Shown: in pieces, positions 8,509 to 17,047 of the stretch | How the letters are laid out: each line of letters starts with the position of its first letter | Position numbering within the stretch: position 1 is the first letter of the stretch | Origin: a virus | Lineage: Duplodnaviria > Heunggongvirae > Uroviricota > Caudoviricetes | Direction: 5' to 3' (one strand) | DNA length: 35,198 nt | IMG/VR virus record: IMGVR_UViG_2548876963_000010 | Translations under genes and position numbers: made by a program | The notes under the pieces: generated by a model | Told to the model about the DNA's origin: nothing | What the model saw: only the letters and a program-made list of their open reading frames with translations | The model's database searches: none

Positions 8509-9603
8509 ACTTAATTCCATTTCTAATGCGGTGACATAACCAGTACCGCCATCCAACGTATGCACGCACCGCGTAATCACCCACGCGGTGCCGTCAATCT
8601 CCGCCTTAAACCCCTTCACCTGCACCGGTAGTTCCGGGAACAAATCGGGCCGTCCACGCGCAAGGTTCAGGCTGAACGTTGCCGCGCCGCGCTGTAGTTG
8701 CTCCCACGCGCTTTTTGCCGCTCTGTAGGCGTTATTTTTGTTGGCATAGGTGTGGCGCAGCACCTTGATATTTCCCTCTTCGCCGACCATCACGTTATCG
8801 GCGTTGAATGAGGCGTCTGACGGCGGCGATTCTGTTGGTTGCGTTTGCGGAAGGTTTTTCCGTGTCTTGCGCTTCACGTCAGTTGACTGCTTTTTAGCCT
8901 GCCGCGTATCCAGCCAGTAGGCCGTTACGCCGGTATAGGCTTCCCTGTCCGCGATGCTGAACCGGTGGCTGTCGCCGTCCTCGCGGTTAATGGTTGCGAC
9001 CGGCAGCGGCTTGCCGCTGGCGCTTTTACCGGAACCTGTCGGCATCAGCAGCAGAGCATCATTTTTCACGCAGGCGATAGCGCCGTGCATTTGCGCCAGC
9101 CGGGTTAGGAAGGATGCATCAGACTCGTTAGTCTGGTCAACGTGCTCAATGGCGATCCCAGCCAGCTCGCCGCTGACGGTTGATTCCAGCTTATGACGTG
9201 CCGCCACGGTTTGCACAATCGCGCCCAGCGTCACATCATGGTAGCTCTGTTCCCGTTTAACGTTCAGCGAATCGCGGAAATCGGCGCTGCGGGCGCGGAG
9301 GCTGAGTACGTCCGGTGCGCCGCTGTGCTCCAGTTCGTCCACTGTGAAGACATTCTGGTGCATCACGCCGTCACCCTTCCAGCCCAGAGAAACCGTTAGC
9401 TTTTCGCCCTTTGCCGGAAACGCCAGCAGGCCGTCGCTGTCGTCCAGTTCGAGCTGCAGTTCGTCGGCCTCAAAGCCCCGGTTGTCGGTGATACGCAGGC
9501 TGATTAAGCGGTTGTCCAGATTCCGCGTAATGTCCTTACCGTTCAGCACCACGCTGTACTCCGGCTGCGGCTGGGCGTTTAAGAGTGCGTTTAACATCGT
9601 CAT
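8503..9603 (-). CDS. D: Tail protein D (P2 gpD-like)
   Basis: 366 aa; position and order at the end of FI-FII-E-T-U-D tail operon; ATGA overlap with upstream U stop. Confidence 0.85.
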   Translation of the reverse strand: MTMLNALLNAQPQPEYSVVLNGKDITRNLDNRLISLRITDNRGFEADELQLELDDSDGLLAFPAKGEKLTVSLGWKGDGVMHQNVFTVDELEHSGAPDVLSLRARSADFRDSLNVKREQSYHDVTLGAIVQTVAARHKLESTVSGELAGIAIEHVDQTNESDASFLTRLAQMHGAIACVKNDALLLMPTGSGKSASGKPLPVATINREDGDSHRFSIADREAYTGVTAYWLDTRQAKKQSTDVKRKTRKNLPQTQPTESPPSDASFNADNVMVGEEGNIKVLRHTYANKNNAYRAAKSAWEQLQRGAATFSLNLARGRPDLFPELPVQVKGFKAEIDGTAWVITRCVHTLDGGTGYVTALEMELSL

Positions 9604-10028
9604 AGTCCGTCGACCATCGTGATGATGTCGCCCAGCAAGCCACCCAGCTTCGGCGGATCGACACGTTTTAACGCCAGCGTAAACTCAATGCGCCGGGCCG
9701 CACCGTCGCGAAAAAAGACGCTCCGTGTGACGTTCAGACTCTCAATCACAAACCAGCCATGCAGCGAGCCGGTGCCTTCAATCAGCGGCCACGCCATCCC
9801 CTGATCGGCCATCTTACGCAGGAAAAACAGAGTAAATCGCCCGCCGGTCAGTTCCGGCAACAGCACGCCGTTTAGCGTAATGGTTTCGTCACCCACGCCG
9901 ATAAACTGGCTGGCCGGACGTAGCCCCACGCGGGAACTGGCAGGATGCCGCCACGCTACGGCGTGCTGCATATCCTGATAGGGCAGGGTTTTCAGGCTGA
10001 AGACGAATAGCCCTAGTACCATCATCAT
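9600..10028 (-). CDS. U: Tail protein U (P2 gpU-like)
   Basis: Start placed at ATGATGATG (10028) preceded by AGGAGG RBS; the longer listed ORF to 10136 overlaps the tape-measure gene and lacks an RBS. Confidence 0.8.
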   Translation of the reverse strand: MMMVLGLFVFSLKTLPYQDMQHAVAWRHPASSRVGLRPASQFIGVGDETITLNGVLLPELTGGRFTLFFLRKMADQGMAWPLIEGTGSLHGWFVIESLNVTRSVFFRDGAARRIEFTLALKRVDPPKLGGLLGDIITMVDGL

Positions 10029-10038
10029 AAGAGCCTCC

Positions 10039-12888
10039 TTAATCAATATCGCGCAGGCTGCTGCGGGTTCTGGCGGCATTCTGCCGTTCGCGCTTGTCCA
10101 GTTCCTGCGCCACCAGTTTCGCCAGTTGTTGTTCATTCATGCCGGGAGCGGCGTGGATGTGAATAGTGACAGGCCCGCCGCTGGCTGCCGGTGCGGAAAG
10201 GGATGCTGGCGCGAGCGGGGCGCGATTATCCGGCAGGGCGGCGATAGGGGGCATGGCGACAGCGGCGGCGCTGAGCGTCAGCCCGGCACCGGCGGCGATT
10301 AACTGCTTCGAGAGTTGCCCTACGCTGGCCAGCGCCGTTTGCGTGTTGCCCTCAATCCCGACCGCCAGCCCGTCCACGGTATAGCGGCCCATTTCGGCGA
10401 ACACCCGCGACGGTGAATGAATACCGAGCTTGTCCTTAAACCAGTTGGAAATATTGCTGCCCAGATCCAGCACGCCCTGTTTAATCGCTTCCCATTTGGC
10501 AAAGATCCCCTGTTTCAGCCCTTCCATGATGTTGCCGCCGATCTCGGTAAAGCGGGTGGACAGGTTACTGAAACTGTTCAGAACGTTATCCCAGACGGTG
10601 GTAAACACCGTGGATAAATTCCAGTTGCTGAAAAAGGCAACAATGGCGTTTAGCGCGCTGCTGACGGTGGTTTTAATGCCTTCCCAGACGCCGGTGGCGG
10701 TAGTGATAATGCCGCTCCAGATTTGCCCCAGAAATGCCACCACGCTGTTCCACGCCTCAACGGTAGTCGCTTTGATGGTATCCCAGTGCTGGTAAATCAG
10801 GCCGGGCAGCGTCCAGTTCAGCAGGATATTTACCAGCCCGTCCCACACGGCAGAGAGAAAGGACTTTATCCCCTCCCATACGGTGCGCGTGGTCGTGGTG
10901 ATGTTGTTCCAGACATCGCTGCATACCTGCTTAAAACTATTCCAGAGCGCGGCGAACTTCGGCCCCAGCCAGTCCCAGTTCTGCCAGATCCAGATTGCGG
11001 CGGCGGCAATCAATGCAATGACCGCCAGAATCGGGTTAGCCATCATTGCGCGGCCCAGCCAAATTACCGCTTTTCCCGCGCCTTTAAAGGCATTCGCCAG
11101 CAGCCCCAGCGCGCTGCCGCCCTTAATACCGAGCACCGACAGGCTGAGTTTTAGCGCCGCCATCGGGCCGAGGATACCGGCCAGCGTCAGGGATATGCCT
11201 CCGAGCGCCACGGCGAACGCGCCGATCGCCATGCCAATTTTCACCAGCGTGGCGGTTAGCTGTGGGTTGGCCTTCATCCATGCGCCGATGGACTGTAAAA
11301 CGCCGGTTATGCGTTGGGTAATGCTGCGCAATGGGCTGTCTACTGATTCGAACATCTCAATACCGAGATCTTCCCACGCCGAGCCAAGATTCTGGAGGTC
11401 GCCCTTCATATTATCGGCCATCGTTTTGGCAACTTTGCCAGCGGTACCGAGGGAGGCTTTCACCTGTTCGGCATAGGCTTCAATACGCTGTGATGGGTCG
11501 AGTGACGCCTGTTTGTCGAGCAGTTCCATCATGGCGGAGGAGGCTTCCACGCCGAAAATATCTTTGATGTAGGACATTTTCTTCACGTTGCCGACGTCGC
11601 CGATCCCTTGCTTCTCAAATGCGGCGGAGATTTCTGCCAGTAGTTGCGGCATTTCTTTCATTTTCCCGGTACTGTCCGCCACCGAGACTTTCAGGTCTTC
11701 CAGCGCGGCGGCGGCTTTTTTCGGCTGTGATGCCAGCCGCAACAGCGCCATACGTAAGGATGTACCTGCCTGCGATCCCTGAATCCCCACGTTACCCAGC
11801 ATCCCGACCATCGCTGACATGGTTTCAAAGTCCTGCCCCGCAGCCTGTGCAGCCGGGCCGACGTATTTCATGGTTTCACCCAGCATCTGCAGGTCGGTAT
11901 TAGACGTAGTGAACGTGAAGGTGAGCGCGTCAGCCATGCGTTGCATCTGGTCTGCCGGGATTTTATAGGCGCTCTGAATATTGGAGGCGATATCGGAAAC
12001 CTGAGCAAGCTGCGTGTCCATCCCCGCCGCTTTCGCCAGATCCAACATGTGCGGCATCGCCTTTTCGATTTTATCTGGCGTGTAGCCCGCCATTGCCAGA
12101 AAACCCTGCCCCTGCGCCACATCGTTGGCGGTAAAGCTGGTTGATGCGCCTAAATCTCGCGATTGCGTTCGCAGCCGTTTCAGTTCATCAGAGTTTTTAT
12201 CGGTGCGTGTTAACGCCTGTACGCGCGACATGCCCACGTCGAAATCGTAGCCGGGCATCATTACCCGCGCGCTGCCGTAAAGCATACCCACGCCGGTGGC
12301 CGTCGTGGTTGCGCCGAATCCGGCCAGTTTGTTGCGGGCGTCCATTGCTCCTGCGTAGCTATTTTTTGCAGAGTTCATCCGCTGCTGCTGCCGGTTTAGC
12401 CGTTCCAGTCGCCTGCGCTGTTCCTCCACGCTACGGTTAGCACTCTCCAGTCGTTGCCGTAGTTCACTCTGGCGCTGGCTGAGATTACGGGTATCGATAC
12501 CAGCGTTGCGCAGTACGGTGCGGCTACGCTGCTGGGCTTGAGTAAGCTGACCATGCCGTTCTTTAAGTCGCCGCGCCTCCTGCTGAGCACGTTCAAACTC
12601 CCGACGCATCGCTGCCGTGGGCGCAGTGCTGCTTTGCATTGCCGTGGCCAGCGCCCGGACGCGATCCTGCGCGTTTTTAAGCTGGTTGCCGGTGACGGCG
12701 ACATCGCGCGCCAGCTTGCGGTAGCCATCGATTTGTCCGGCCTGTTTGTTCAGGTCTTTGACCTGCTGCTGCGCGGTTTTCAGCGCTCTGGCGGTTTCGC
12801 TGCTGCCCTGCGTGACGGCTTTTAGCGGGCGGGTGATTTTATCTACGGCGCTGAGTAGTACCTGTAAACGAAGGTTTTGTGTGCTCAT
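10039..12888 (-). CDS. T: Tail tape measure protein (P2 gpT-like)
   Basis: 949 aa, Ala/Gln-rich coiled-coil N-terminus and long Gly/Ala-rich hydrophobic middle typical of tape measure proteins; position after E/E'. Confidence 0.9.
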   Translation of the reverse strand: MSTQNLRLQVLLSAVDKITRPLKAVTQGSSETARALKTAQQQVKDLNKQAGQIDGYRKLARDVAVTGNQLKNAQDRVRALATAMQSSTAPTAAMRREFERAQQEARRLKERHGQLTQAQQRSRTVLRNAGIDTRNLSQRQSELRQRLESANRSVEEQRRRLERLNRQQQRMNSAKNSYAGAMDARNKLAGFGATTTATGVGMLYGSARVMMPGYDFDVGMSRVQALTRTDKNSDELKRLRTQSRDLGASTSFTANDVAQGQGFLAMAGYTPDKIEKAMPHMLDLAKAAGMDTQLAQVSDIASNIQSAYKIPADQMQRMADALTFTFTTSNTDLQMLGETMKYVGPAAQAAGQDFETMSAMVGMLGNVGIQGSQAGTSLRMALLRLASQPKKAAAALEDLKVSVADSTGKMKEMPQLLAEISAAFEKQGIGDVGNVKKMSYIKDIFGVEASSAMMELLDKQASLDPSQRIEAYAEQVKASLGTAGKVAKTMADNMKGDLQNLGSAWEDLGIEMFESVDSPLRSITQRITGVLQSIGAWMKANPQLTATLVKIGMAIGAFAVALGGISLTLAGILGPMAALKLSLSVLGIKGGSALGLLANAFKGAGKAVIWLGRAMMANPILAVIALIAAAAIWIWQNWDWLGPKFAALWNSFKQVCSDVWNNITTTTRTVWEGIKSFLSAVWDGLVNILLNWTLPGLIYQHWDTIKATTVEAWNSVVAFLGQIWSGIITTATGVWEGIKTTVSSALNAIVAFFSNWNLSTVFTTVWDNVLNSFSNLSTRFTEIGGNIMEGLKQGIFAKWEAIKQGVLDLGSNISNWFKDKLGIHSPSRVFAEMGRYTVDGLAVGIEGNTQTALASVGQLSKQLIAAGAGLTLSAAAVAMPPIAALPDNRAPLAPASLSAPAASGGPVTIHIHAAPGMNEQQLAKLVAQELDKRERQNAARTRSSLRDID

Positions 12889-13306
12889 GATTCAACACCG
12901 CTGCGCTGGCGGGCCTGTTCCCGCCAGTAAAGGGTTTCGCCAAGGGTTAATGCGTCCATCGCGGATAGCGGCCAATGGAAGATGACAGCTATGTCGCCTT
13001 GAGCCTCTTCTATGCGTCCGGGGTATTCGCTGCTTCCGGCGAGGTCTGCGGCAAAAAACCGACAAGCGCCGTACCGAAAGCCGTCAGGTCGATAAAATCC
13101 AGTTGCGCCACCTCATGCTTATTCAGCGGCGGTGCGGTGATGCGCGGCAGAACGTTGGTGAGTGCATCTACGTTAAGGCTTAACAGCTCCACCAGACTGA
13201 CACCGCGCAGGTCGCCGCCCAGCGGTTTACGGATCTGGAACTCGACAAATTCGGTTTCACCGCGTTTCAGGGGAGTATTCAGGGTAACGGTTTTACGTTC
13301 GCTCAT
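12887..13306 (-). CDS. E': Tail assembly chaperone E+E' produced by programmed -1 frameshift
   Basis: Slippery T TTT TTG (minus strand, forward coords 13053-13059) in E frame GGT TTT TTG; -1 frame continues ~58 codons to TGA at 12889-12887, which overlaps the ATG of T (ATGA). Confidence 0.7.
13010..13306 (-). CDS. E: Tail assembly chaperone E (P2 gpE-like)
   Basis: 98 aa ORF immediately upstream of T; contains slippery heptamer near its 3' end. Confidence 0.8.
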   Translation of the reverse strand: MSERKTVTLNTPLKRGETEFVEFQIRKPLGGDLRGVSLVELLSLNVDALTNVLPRITAPPLNKHEVAQLDFIDLTAFGTALVGFLPQTSPEAANTPDA

Positions 13307-13315
13307 GGTTCATCC

Positions 13316-13831
13316 TTACAGGCCAATGGCGCGACGTGCGCCAGCCAGACGGTCTTTGCCGTCGATATTTTCAATAAAGTTCACGGTGTCGATTTCGACG
13401 ATGGTTTCACCGTTGACGCTCTCTTTGTAATAGGTACAAAGGGTGCTGATTTTGGTCGCGGAGTTCTCGCCCTGCTTGTATTCGCCGCGATCCAGCTCTT
13501 TGTGGCGACCACGCACCACGATTTCCACCGCGTCGTACTCTTCGCTGTCTTCACGCTGGATTGCGCCGGAGAATCGCAGCATCACGCCGCTGATCTTCGT
13601 CCAACCGATCTGCCGCAGCGCCAGCAGCTCATAGCCGCCGATTGACCATTCCACGCTGAGCGCCTCGTCATCCAGCCCCAGATCGACATGCGCCGCGCCG
13701 TTCATCCCGCCGCCGCGATAGGCTTCCAGCTTGCGCGTCAGCTTTGCCGGGGTGAAGGACTCCACCTGTGCCAGATAGATATCGCCCTCGTTAAACAGGT
13801 TGAGGTATTTCAGTTTGCTGGGTAGTGCCAT
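13316..13831 (-). CDS. FII: Tail tube protein (P2 gpFII-like)
   Basis: 171 aa; size and position between sheath and E. Confidence 0.85.
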   Translation of the reverse strand: MALPSKLKYLNLFNEGDIYLAQVESFTPAKLTRKLEAYRGGGMNGAAHVDLGLDDEALSVEWSIGGYELLALRQIGWTKISGVMLRFSGAIQREDSEEYDAVEIVVRGRHKELDRGEYKQGENSATKISTLCTYYKESVNGETIVEIDTVNFIENIDGKDRLAGARRAIGL

Positions 13832-13845
13832 GGTGCGTTCTCCTG

Positions 13846-15024
13846 TTACACGGTGGTGGCGATGGATTCAGCCAGATTGACCAGATAGCGGTCAGTAATG
13901 CGCTGGCGGAACATCAGGTTTTCCAGCGGCGGCACCGGGGTGTAGTCGTAGTCGATATACGCTTTACCCGCTTTCAGGATGTCCGGCGTGTTGGCGGAGG
14001 GATCGAACCATGCGGAACCATCGACGATGTAGCCGTTGCCTTTCAGTTCGCGGAATTTGGCGTTCACGCCTTCGATAATGTCGCGGAACAGAGAAGCGTG
14101 TTGCGGTTTATCTACCGCCCAGAAGTGGGCGTCGGCGATGGTATCCGCCAGCACCTGCGCGGTGCGGGTGTAGTTCTCAAAGGCAAACAGCGGATCGGTG
14201 CTGCAGGTGCGCGATCCCCAGAAGCGATAGCCGCCGTTGCAAATCAGCGTGGTGACGTCGTGGCTGTTGAGGTAATCCGAATCGGTGGCGGTGGACTGCA
14301 GATCCCAGAATACGCTGCGGGAAATGCCAGTCACGCCGTTGACGTCAACGTTGGACAGCGTTTTATGCCAGCCGATTTCTTCATCAATTTTTGCACGCAG
14401 GCCCACGGCACGGGCGGTGGCGTACAGCGTGTGTTCGGCAGCAGCCTGCGTATCAAAGCCGACAAAATCCGGCCAGATAATCATCGCCTCCCGTGCGCCG
14501 AGCTGATCGCGATACAGCACCGCCTCTTCTTTGGTCTGCGCGCCGAACGCCGACAGATAGCTGAAGGCGCGAAGCTGCTGTGAAATGCTGACCAGTTCGG
14601 TGGCGACAGGCAGAGAATCCAGCCCCGGTACCGCCAGAATGCGCGGTTTTATTTTCAGTTTGGTTTGCGAGTCCAGCAGCGCCTTCATGCCGGTGTATTT
14701 CCCGGCTGGCGTGCTGCCGCCGATGATATTGGCGGTGGTTTCGGCGGCGGAGTCGCCTTCGGCTACGCGCACGGCGACTACCACCGGCTGCGTCTGGTCG
14801 GCGATGGCATCCAGAGAGTGCGCCAGCGTACCGCTATCACCGGCTTTACCCAGCGCAGATCGCACGTCGGTTAACAGTACCGGGGTATCAAGGGGAAAGG
14901 TTTTTTCATCGGCGTCTGATCCGGTGCAGACGATGCCGATCACGGCGGTGGAGATGGTACGGATCGGGCGTACGCCTTCATTGATTTCAATAACGCGCGC
15001 GCCGTGGTGGTAGTCGGTTGCCAT
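13846..15024 (-). CDS. FI: Tail sheath protein (P2 gpFI-like)
   Basis: Start placed at ATG 15024 (MATDYHHGARVIEI...) preceded by GGAGG; ~393 aa; first gene of tail operon. Confidence 0.9.
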   Translation of the reverse strand: MATDYHHGARVIEINEGVRPIRTISTAVIGIVCTGSDADEKTFPLDTPVLLTDVRSALGKAGDSGTLAHSLDAIADQTQPVVVAVRVAEGDSAAETTANIIGGSTPAGKYTGMKALLDSQTKLKIKPRILAVPGLDSLPVATELVSISQQLRAFSYLSAFGAQTKEEAVLYRDQLGAREAMIIWPDFVGFDTQAAAEHTLYATARAVGLRAKIDEEIGWHKTLSNVDVNGVTGISRSVFWDLQSTATDSDYLNSHDVTTLICNGGYRFWGSRTCSTDPLFAFENYTRTAQVLADTIADAHFWAVDKPQHASLFRDIIEGVNAKFRELKGNGYIVDGSAWFDPSANTPDILKAGKAYIDYDYTPVPPLENLMFRQRITDRYLVNLAESIATTV

Positions 15025-15087
15025 AGGGCTGGCCTCCATCAGGTCAATAAATGACGATGGTGGCACAGAGCGAAAAGGGCGGTGACG

Positions 15088-15124
15088 GCTTCCACTTGTA
15101 ACCACTGGCACTACAAGCAGAAGC
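15088..15124. promoter_or_regulatory. Late-promoter-like dyad upstream of FI operon (TGT-N13-ACA within 13-bp imperfect inverted repeat)
   Basis: gcttccacTTGTAaccactggcacTACAAgcagaagc; TGT 15097-15099, ACA 15113-15115. Confidence 0.55.
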
Positions 15125-15129
15125 GGTTT

Positions 15130-15888
15130 TTAATTCAGGATAATCAGTTCTGATGTGGCGCTGGCTGGCTTTCCGCCTACGGTATAGCGAATCCCTACCG
15201 TTGAGAATGTCAGGCCGTGGAAGATATCGCGCATTTCCGGGATGTCATTAACCGAGATAATCATCCGGCCCTGCATGGTGCGCGCCAGCTCTGCCATTCG
15301 CTGGTACTGCTCAAGGCCAAATGGTACGCCGTAGCCTTCGGTTTTCCAGTATGGAGGGTCGCAGTAGAACAGGGTATGCGGGCGGTCATAGCGGCGAATA
15401 CATTCGGCCCAGTCCAGATTTTCAATACAGACGCGCGCCAGCCGCAGATGGGCGGCGGATAAATCCTCTTCCATACGCAGCAGGTTCAGGCGCGGCGGTG
15501 AGGTGGTGGCGGTACCGAATGTGCGACTTTCCACTTTGCCGCCGAATGCCAGCTTTTGCAGATAGTAGAAGCGCGCCGCGCGCTGGATATCGGTCAGCGT
15601 TTCTTCCGGGGTGATCTGGAGCCAGCGGTACATTTCGCGGCTGACCAGCGACCATTTAAACTGGCGGACAAACTCTTCTAAATGGTGCTGGAGTACGCGG
15701 TAGAGGTTGGTAACGTCGCCGTTGATATCATTCAGCACCTCGGCCTGTGCGGGCTGTTTCATAAAGAACAACGCCGCCGCCCCGCAGAACGGTTCAACGT
15801 AGCAGCGGTGTTTGGGAAACAGCGGCAGAATGTGTTTTGCCAGCCTGCGCTTACCGCCGATCCACGGAATAATGGGTAACGTATTCAT
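15130..15888 (-). CDS. dam: DNA adenine methyltransferase (Dam/D12 class N6-adenine MTase), orphan
   Basis: 252 aa; SAM-binding motif EPFCGAAALFF and catalytic DPPY in FYCDPPYW; no adjacent restriction endonuclease gene. Confidence 0.9.
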   Translation of the reverse strand: MNTLPIIPWIGGKRRLAKHILPLFPKHRCYVEPFCGAAALFFMKQPAQAEVLNDINGDVTNLYRVLQHHLEEFVRQFKWSLVSREMYRWLQITPEETLTDIQRAARFYYLQKLAFGGKVESRTFGTATTSPPRLNLLRMEEDLSAAHLRLARVCIENLDWAECIRRYDRPHTLFYCDPPYWKTEGYGVPFGLEQYQRMAELARTMQGRMIISVNDIPEMRDIFHGLTFSTVGIRYTVGGKPASATSELIILN

Positions 15889-16352
15889 ATTGTCAATTTT
15901 CCAGATCGACTGCAGATCAGTGCATACAGCAGATTAGGTGAATAACGCCAGCTATCACGCAGATGCAGAAATTCGGCGCAGAACTCGCTGCAAAACAGGC
16001 GCTCCTGTTTGCCCTGACTGAGTAACACAAAACCAATGGCACCCAGCCAGTCGTAACCTTTATCGTCGTGCTGACGGAAAAAGGTTTCCAGTGCCAGCGG
16101 ATCGGCGTTGATCGGGAGTAAATCCCATTTCTCAATCGGCAGCGGCATTCGTTTGCTGCGCACGCCTTTATCCCGTACCGATGATGAGTAACAGATAAAC
16201 AGGCCATCCGGCTGGCGTTCGACCAGTTCGCAGTGAGAGTAAGGGCCGCGCGTGACCTGTCGCGTCAGCCAGTCGGAGAGCCGGGCAAGGCTGAAAAAGC
16301 GTTCAGCCCGGCCACGGTAGAACGCCGCGTAAACCTGACTCATGGTTGCCAT
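15885..16352 (-). CDS. Hypothetical protein (155 aa) co-located with dam
   Basis: ATGA-overlapped with dam start, 13-bp overlap with G stop; Cys/His-containing (YSHCELV, CSEFC) but no family recognised. Confidence 0.55.
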   Translation of the reverse strand: MATMSQVYAAFYRGRAERFFSLARLSDWLTRQVTRGPYSHCELVERQPDGLFICYSSSVRDKGVRSKRMPLPIEKWDLLPINADPLALETFFRQHDDKGYDWLGAIGFVLLSQGKQERLFCSEFCAEFLHLRDSWRYSPNLLYALICSRSGKLTI

Positions 16353-17047
16353 CCTGACGAGTAGTCGTAACCCATAACCGCCTGCACCTCCGTCAATACT
16401 TCAACGGCGGCAATATGCTGCTGGGCAGCGGCGAACAGGCGCATATCGTGCGCCATTGTTTCGGTTTCAAACCGGGCGGCGATTTCGTTGGTCAGTTCAA
16501 TCAGGTTGTGATTTTTGGTCTGCCACATTAAGCCTGCCGGTATTTGTTTAGCCACGCCCATTTTGGTGAGCGAGAGCTGCTGGATGCGGCTGTTAGCGTC
16601 GCTGTGGAAATGGTGATTATCGATGATGATGTAGTCGGCGGTGATTCGATCGCGATACTGCTTTATTTCTGCCACCTTTGCCTGTCGGGCTTTTTCGATA
16701 TCGGGCCGCCAGCGTTTGCCGTCCCAACGGACAAAGGCGTTATCGGGCTTCAGCAGAGTGACGTTATCCGGCAATGGCCCCAGATGATGAAGCTGTACCT
16801 CACTGCCCGCATCGGTATCAAACGCGGTTTTACCGCGATGATCTTCTACCGCAAGCCATGTTTCTCCGTTGAATGTCAGGGCAAAGCCGCTCTGGCATTC
16901 GGGCGGTTCGATAGTGGTACAGCATTCCGGTAAGCCGGTGTTGGGGGCGATATAGACGTCGCTGACGCCGATAAATTCCTGAGTATCTGCCGCGTAGTTA
17001 AAGATGCGCAGGGTTTGCGGTTCGTCGGAAAATGCGAATGTGCTCAT
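16340..17047 (-). CDS. G: Tail fiber assembly protein (P2 gpG-like)
   Basis: 235 aa directly downstream of tail fiber gene with 4-bp overlap. Confidence 0.8.
   Translation of the reverse strand: MSTFAFSDEPQTLRIFNYAADTQEFIGVSDVYIAPNTGLPECCTTIEPPECQSGFALTFNGETWLAVEDHRGKTAFDTDAGSEVQLHHLGPLPDNVTLLKPDNAFVRWDGKRWRPDIEKARQAKVAEIKQYRDRITADYIIIDNHHFHSDANSRIQQLSLTKMGVAKQIPAGLMWQTKNHNLIELTNEIAARFETETMAHDMRLFAAAQQHIAAVEVLTEVQAVMGYDYSSGWQP

Noticed and set aside
9600-10136. Listed 178-aa version of the U gene
   Set aside because: The N-terminal extension overlaps the tape measure gene and lacks an RBS; ATG at 10028 has AGGAGG and gives a P2-sized gpU
10166-12985. Numerous plus-strand ORFs (60-200 aa) inside the tape measure gene region
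   Set aside because: They are antisense to a long, well-supported minus-strand gene in GC-rich DNA where stop codons are rare; no RBS and no recognisable motifs
15088-15124. The 13-bp inverted repeats read as rho-independent terminators
   Set aside because: Loops are 11 nt, there is no consistent T-run on the transcribed strand, and the same TGT/ACA core recurs upstream of operon first genes; the real terminators in this window (21455-21480, 34057-34089) look different
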